A stretch of DNA of 64,000 nucleotides. It comes from an uncultured Sutterella sp. Lineage in GTDB: Bacteria; Pseudomonadota; Gammaproteobacteria; Burkholderiales; Burkholderiaceae_F. The notes under the pieces were generated by a model. It did no database searches and had not been told where the DNA came from. It saw nothing but the letters and a program-made list of their open reading frames with translations. Below are positions 59,197-64,000 of this stretch, piece by piece; position 1 is the first letter of the stretch, and every line of letters starts with the position of its first letter. Position numbers and translations under genes: made by a program. The stretch spans positions 34,270-98,269 of the forward strand of contig CAAGAT010000074.1 of the NCBI GenBank assembly GCA_900767875.1, read 5' to 3'.

Positions 59197-60320
59197 TATT
59201 CACCCCTTCCCAAAAGCTTGTAGGGCAGCTCGGCCAGGCGCTGCGGAATCCAGCGCTGCAGCCAGACGCGGCGCACGAAAAGCAGCGTCGTGAAAAGCGC
59301 CACGGCGCCGTTGAGGATCACCAGGGCGGCGATCCAGTTGAGCTTGTCGATCTTGACCCAGCTTTCCATGACCGAAATGCCGTTCAGATACAGGATGAAG
59401 ATCAGCACGGCGATGATCAGACTCATGCTGCGGCCCGCGCGCGGATTGGTGTAGGAAAGCGGAATGGCCAGCAGCACCAGGTTGAGCGCGGCCAGCGGCC
59501 AGCACAAACGCCAGACCATTTCGGCCCGCGCCTGCGGCGTATTGAGGTCCATGAGACTGGCAAAGGACATCGTTTCGACATCGCGGTTGATGTAGGCCTG
59601 CTCGGCCCGCGTGCCGATGCGCAGCTCATACGTGTCGAATTCGGTCACGCGCCAGGCCGCGTCGCCCCGGCGGCTCGTGTCGTAGCGGCGCCCGTTCTTG
59701 AGCACCACGTAGCGCTCGCCCTTGGGCGTGGCGCGCACTTCGCCCGATTCGGCGCGCACGATGATTTCGCTCTCGCCGCTGCGCTCGCTCACAAAGACGT
59801 TCTTGACGTGCGAGCCGTCGGCGCTCACCTCCTCGATAAAGAAGATGCGCCGGCCGCCCATCGTTTCGATAAAACGCCCCGGGGCGATGCGGTTGACGTC
59901 GCTGCGCTGCTCGAACTGCTGCGCCGTGCGCTCGATCTGATCCTTGGCCCAGGGCGTGACGGCGATCGAAATGACGGCCACGAGCACGACCATCGGCAGG
60001 GAAAAGCGCAGCACCGGCGCGATCCAGCGCAGCAGGCTCAGACCGCCCGCGCTGAACCAGACGGGAATTTCGCTGTCCTGCCAGCTGCGCATCATCACCA
60101 TCAGCACGGCGATGAACATCGACAGGGCCAGCAGGGCGGGCAGGTTGGTAAACGACGAATAGGCCATGAGCTCGAAGACGGAGCGCGAATCGACGCTGCC
60201 GCCGGCGGCCTGACCGAGGATGGTCACCAGCCCGATCGTCACGACGACCGAAAAGAGCACCGTAAAGACCGCTCCGGCGCTGCTGGCAAGCTCACTAACC
60301 AAAAGTCGTTTAAAAATCAT
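59196..60320 (-). CDS. lptF: LPS export ABC permease LptF
   Basis: 374 aa; YjgP/YjgQ family; MIFKRLLVSELASS. Confidence 0.85.
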   Translation of the reverse strand: MIFKRLLVSELASSAGAVFTVLFSVVVTIGLVTILGQAAGGSVDSRSVFELMAYSSFTNLPALLALSMFIAVLMVMMRSWQDSEIPVWFSAGGLSLLRWIAPVLRFSLPMVVLVAVISIAVTPWAKDQIERTAQQFEQRSDVNRIAPGRFIETMGGRRIFFIEEVSADGSHVKNVFVSERSGESEIIVRAESGEVRATPKGERYVVLKNGRRYDTSRRGDAAWRVTEFDTYELRIGTRAEQAYINRDVETMSFASLMDLNTPQARAEMVWRLCWPLAALNLVLLAIPLSYTNPRAGRSMSLIIAVLIFILYLNGISVMESWVKIDKLNWIAALVILNGAVALFTTLLFVRRVWLQRWIPQRLAELPYKLLGRGE

Positions 60321-60428
60321 GTATTCAAATCGCCCGAGGCAACTCGGGCGTCTTGGATTATTTCAGACCGATTCTAACGGCCCGAGTCCCCTTGCGCGCT
60401 TAAGGATTCGGGCCGTCGACGGCTCCCT

Positions 60429-61970
60429 TTAGGCGGCTCGCGCGGCTTTCTGGTCCTTGACGTGCAGGAAGATCGTCACGCCGAAGAGCACCACGGCCGT
60501 CGCCAGCCAGCTCAGCCACAGGTTGCCGTCGGTCAGACCGGCCACGAGGTAGCCCACACCGGCCGACACGGCCACCAGAAGCGCATAGGGCAGCTGTGTG
60601 GAGACGTGTTCGATGTGCGAGCAGCCCGCACCGGCCGACGACAGAATCGTCGTGTCGGAAATGGGCGAGCAGTGGTCGCCGAAGACCGAACCGGCCAGCG
60701 TGGCCGACAGCACCACCACCGTCAGAGCCGGATCCAGGGCTTCGACGATCGGCACCACGATCGGAATCAGGATGCCGAACGTGCCCCAGGCCGTGCCCAT
60801 CGAGAAGGCCAGGAAGGCGGCGATCGCAAAGACGATCACGGGCAGGAAGGTCACGCCCATGCCGCTGGCGGTCACGATGTGCTGCATGAACTGCGGGGCC
60901 GACAAAAGCTCGCGGCACACGCCCGACAGGGTCCAGGCCAGAATCAGGATGATGTTGGCCGGCAGCATGAGCTTCATGCCTTCGACGCTGCCTTCGGCAA
61001 ACTGTGCGAAGGTCATCAGGCGGCGCGGCACGTACATCAGAAGCGCCACAAGAAGAGCGCCGAAGGAGGCGAACACCAGCGAAATGGACGCCGAGGAGTT
61101 GCCGATGGCGGCCATGAACGTGTGGTACTTGGCGTCCGCGCCCCAGTACCCGCCCGTGTACATCAGAGCCAGGACGGCAAAGACGATCAGAGCGCCCAGC
61201 GGCACGAGCATGTCCCAGGCCGTGCCCTTGGGGTTGTACTTGAGCTTGTCTTCGGTTGGGCTGTTGGAGGCGGTGGCGTCCACGCCCTTGAGGCGCACGC
61301 GCTCTTCGGCGCGGCGCATCGGGCCGAAGTCAAAGTCGGTCCAGCACAGGAAAAAGACGAGCGCCAGGGAGAACAGAGCGTAGAAGTTCCACGGAATCGT
61401 GGCCACGAAGGCCCCGAGTTCGCTGTCAAAAACGCCGGTGTCCTTCAAGGAGGAGCCCACCGCGGCGGCCCAGGAGGAAATCGGCGCGATGATGCACACG
61501 GGAGCGGCCGTGCTGTCGACGATGTAGGCGAGCTTGGCGCGGCTGATCTTGTAGGCGTCCGTGATCGGGCGCATGACCGTGCCCACCGTGAGGCAATTGA
61601 AGTAGTCGTCGATGAAGATCGCAATGCCCAGGCCGCTCGTGGAAGCCAGAGACGAGCGACGGCCGCTGATGATCTTGGTCGAGGCCTTGCCGTAGGCGAC
61701 GGTGCCGCCCGACAGACTGATCAGGTACACGAGCGCACCGAGCAAGGAGCAGAAGATCAGAATGTTGAAGTCGACCTTCTTGGCCATCATCGTAAAGGCG
61801 GTCTCCATGGTGCCCATCACGATGTGGGCGTCCGTGCCCACGGCGTAGATGAGCGTCCCCGTGAAGATGCCCACGAGCAGCGACGAGAACACTTCCTTGG
61901 TCAGGAGCGCCAGGCCGATTGCCACGATCGGAGGAACAATCGACCACCACTCGGCAGCATAGGGTTCCAT
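60429..61970 (-). CDS. Na+/H+ antiporter NhaC-family membrane transporter
   Basis: 513 aa, 12 TM, NhaC-family resemblance over the full length. Confidence 0.8.
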   Translation of the reverse strand: MEPYAAEWWSIVPPIVAIGLALLTKEVFSSLLVGIFTGTLIYAVGTDAHIVMGTMETAFTMMAKKVDFNILIFCSLLGALVYLISLSGGTVAYGKASTKIISGRRSSLASTSGLGIAIFIDDYFNCLTVGTVMRPITDAYKISRAKLAYIVDSTAAPVCIIAPISSWAAAVGSSLKDTGVFDSELGAFVATIPWNFYALFSLALVFFLCWTDFDFGPMRRAEERVRLKGVDATASNSPTEDKLKYNPKGTAWDMLVPLGALIVFAVLALMYTGGYWGADAKYHTFMAAIGNSSASISLVFASFGALLVALLMYVPRRLMTFAQFAEGSVEGMKLMLPANIILILAWTLSGVCRELLSAPQFMQHIVTASGMGVTFLPVIVFAIAAFLAFSMGTAWGTFGILIPIVVPIVEALDPALTVVVLSATLAGSVFGDHCSPISDTTILSSAGAGCSHIEHVSTQLPYALLVAVSAGVGYLVAGLTDGNLWLSWLATAVVLFGVTIFLHVKDQKAARAA

Positions 61971-62021
61971 TTTTTGTTTCCTTTGTTGTAGGTGTGTTTG
62001 CGTCGCACAAGTCCGAGAAAC

Positions 62022-62528
62022 TTACGACGGACGCGTATTTTGAATCTGGAAGCGCCGCGCAAGGGCAAGGCACACGGGTTCGGGCACGAAACCGGAAACG
62101 TCGCCTCCGAGGGCGGCGATTTCGCGCACGACGCTGCCGCTGACGAACTGACAGCTCAAGGCGGGCATCAGGAAAACGGTTTCCACCTCCGGCATCAGCG
62201 TACGGTTCATCCCGGCCATTTGAAACTCATACTCAAAGTCGCTCACGGCCCGCGCGCCGCGGATCGACACGGTCACGCCGTGCGCGCGCGCAAAGTCGCA
62301 CAAAAGCCCGTCAAAACCCTCGACCGTGACGTTTTCCAGGCCGCTTTGGCCCCGGCACGAGGCGCGGGCGAGTTCGACGCGCTCCTCGAGCGTGAAGAGC
62401 GTCTTTTTCTTGTCGCTGCGCGCCACGGCCAGAATCACGCGGTCAAACAATCGCGCGGCGCGTTTGAGCACATCGAAGTGTCCGAACGTAAACGGATCGA
62501 ATGTTCCGGGATAGACGGCTGTCGTCAT
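62022..62528 (-). CDS. coaD: phosphopantetheine adenylyltransferase
   Basis: [19 protein letters not shown] (T/HxGH nucleotidyltransferase motif); 168 aa. Confidence 0.95.
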   Translation of the reverse strand: MTTAVYPGTFDPFTFGHFDVLKRAARLFDRVILAVARSDKKKTLFTLEERVELARASCRGQSGLENVTVEGFDGLLCDFARAHGVTVSIRGARAVSDFEYEFQMAGMNRTLMPEVETVFLMPALSCQFVSGSVVREIAALGGDVSGFVPEPVCLALARRFQIQNTRPS

Positions 62529-62596
62529 GAATCTTGGGAATCGGTGCCGCCCGGAAAATGGACGGCCGACTTTAAGGGGATGTCAAACCTGCGATT

Positions 62597-63259
62597 TTAC
62601 CTGATTGCGGCCATGCACAACGCGACATGCACCGATCCCGCAAGGCTGCGGCGAACCGCCTCCAGCCCCCAGGCCGCCAGCGTCTCGTCGGGGATTGGAG
62701 CCTCGTTTTCCAGGTAGACGAAACCATTGGGTTTGAGGTGCTCCAGCGCCGCCGCTACGGCCTTTTCGTGCAGCGCCAGGGCAAAGGGCGGATCGATGAA
62801 GATCACGTCGAAGCGCTCGTCGGTTTTGTCCAGCCAGGCAAAGGCGTCGGCCGCCTCACAGCGAACCGTCCCGCGCGCCCCGAGCTTGTCGACGACCTGC
62901 GCGATGGCCGAGGCGCTCCTGCGGTCCTTTTCCAGGCTCACCACGCGCGCGGCGCCGTTGCTGGCGGCCTCGATCCCAAGCGCGCCGCTGCCGGCGAACA
63001 TATCCAGGAACGAGGCCTGCGACAAATCCCCGATGAAGTGCCGCAGCCAGTCAAAGAGCGTTTCGCGCACGCGCGAGGGCGTCGGGCGCAGTCCGTCGCG
63101 CGAGCCCACGGCCAGCGGGGTTCTTTTGAACCGGCCCGAGACAATGCGCACCGCACTGTCGCCGCCGCGGGTTGGTAAACTAGAGTGTTGGACTTTTCCG
63201 CCCGCTCCGGAGCCCGTGCGCCCGGTGGGGGCAGCCGGTTTTTTCTTCGCTTTTGTCAT
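62597..63259 (-). CDS. rsmD: 16S rRNA (guanine966-N2)-methyltransferase RsmD
   Basis: RIVSGRFKRTPL, DMFAGSGALGIEAAS and VIFIDPPF motifs. Start at MTKAKKKP; alternative upstream ATG at 63307. Confidence 0.85.
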   Translation of the reverse strand: MTKAKKKPAAPTGRTGSGAGGKVQHSSLPTRGGDSAVRIVSGRFKRTPLAVGSRDGLRPTPSRVRETLFDWLRHFIGDLSQASFLDMFAGSGALGIEAASNGAARVVSLEKDRRSASAIAQVVDKLGARGTVRCEAADAFAWLDKTDERFDVIFIDPPFALALHEKAVAAALEHLKPNGFVYLENEAPIPDETLAAWGLEAVRRSLAGSVHVALCMAAIR

Positions 63260-64000
63260 GGGATTTTTTTCACGCTTAAAAGACGGGCTCGCCCGTACCC
63301 GCGTCAACCTCGTCGGCCTTTTTTCGGGCGGCGTGGTCGATGAAGAGTTTTTCGAGTCGCTCGAAGAAACGCTGATTGCCGCCGACGTCGGCTACAAGCC
63401 GACGAGCCTCATCCTACAGCGTTTGCGCGATACGGTGAAGCTCAAGGGTCTCAAAACCCGCGACGAGGTTCGCCTGGCGCTGCGCGACGAAATCGAGCGC
63501 ATGCTCGCGCCGGCGCAAAAGCCCATGAATCTGGAGGCGGCCAAGCCGCTGGTGATCATGATGGTCGGCGTCAACGGCGCGGGCAAAACCACCACGATCG
63601 GCAAAATCGCCAAGTGGCTGGCCGCTCAGAACAAGTCCGTGCTACTGGCGGCGGCCGACACGTTCCGCGCCGCCGCGCGCGAACAGCTGGCCGTCTGGGG
63701 CGAGCGCAACAAGATCGACGTCATCACGCAGTCGGGCGGAGACCCGGCCGCCGTCGTCTTTGACGCCGTCAACGCGGGCCGTGCCCGAGCCAGCGACGTG
63801 GTCATCGCCGACACCGCCGGCCGCCTGCCCACGCAACAGCACCTGATGGAGGAGCTGGCGCGCATCCGCCGCTCGCAGGGCAAGGCCATGGAAGGCGCCC
63901 CGCACGAAGTGCTGCTGGTGGTCGACGGCACCAACGGGCAGAACGCGCTGGCGCAGGTCAAGGCCTTCGATCAGTACGCCGGGCTCACCGGTCTGATCGT
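63258..64000 (+). CDS. ftsY: signal recognition particle receptor FtsY, 3'-truncated by window end
   Basis: Not in the ORF track because it has no in-window stop. Translation from ATG 63258 gives MGFFSRLKDGLARTRVNL..VGVNGAGKTTTIGKIA..DTAGRL, the FtsY NG domain. Divergent from rsmD as in E. coli. Confidence 0.85.
   Translation, partial: MGFFSRLKDGLARTRVNLVGLFSGGVVDEEFFESLEETLIAADVGYKPTSLILQRLRDTVKLKGLKTRDEVRLALRDEIERMLAPAQKPMNLEAAKPLVIMMVGVNGAGKTTTIGKIAKWLAAQNKSVLLAAADTFRAAAREQLAVWGERNKIDVITQSGGDPAAVVFDAVNAGRARASDVVIADTAGRLPTQQHLMEELARIRRSQGKAMEGAPHEVLLVVDGTNGQNALAQVKAFDQYAGLTGLI

Overview
This window is a high-GC (about 65%) chromosomal segment from what looks like a betaproteobacterium. It carries about 60 densely packed genes and I found no rRNA, tRNA, CRISPR array, transposase or integrase. 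The gene order is typical of the group: yibN-secB, divergent rsmD-ftsY, divergent rsmI-lpoA, and lptFG. Housekeeping genes include trpS (5' partial), aspS, argS, aroD, gpmI, cls, coaD, moeB, ctpA, envC-like, dsbA, folE2, cstA, nhaC, an ABC-F ATPase and ftsY (3' partial). The main result is a 12.6-kb co-directional minus-strand cluster (14502-27129) that I read as an MccA/SirA-type octaheme c-type cytochrome sulfite-reductase respiration locus. The cytochrome has 7 CxxCH motifs plus the diagnostic CX12NKGCH (CX15CH) eighth heme site. Downstream of it lie a periplasmic rhodanese, an FKBP peptidyl-prolyl isomerase, a TPR CcmI/NrfG-like protein, an NrfC-like FeS subunit, an NrfD-like quinol dehydrogenase, a complete NosL-NosD-NosF-NosY-like copper module without nosZ/nosR, a dedicated CcmF/NrfE-like heme lyase, a CcmH-like protein whose CXXC is replaced by DPSS, and a TlpA-like thioredoxin. 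A perfect FNR box (TTGATACAGATCAA) sits upstream of the cytochrome gene. Other features worth a second look: a larA-larB-larC nickel-pincer cofactor set in which LarC is N-terminal domain only and larE is absent; a TrpS-YegP(DUF1508) fusion; an orphan Zn-ribbon/Toprim primase-like gene next to two tandem duplicated lipoprotein genes and an orphan NarL-type regulator; a patatin-POTRA-Omp85 (type Vd, PlpD-like) protein; and a 1240-aa SWIM-SNF2 helicase. Positions read by hand-counting the printed sequence can be off by one relative to the ORF track.
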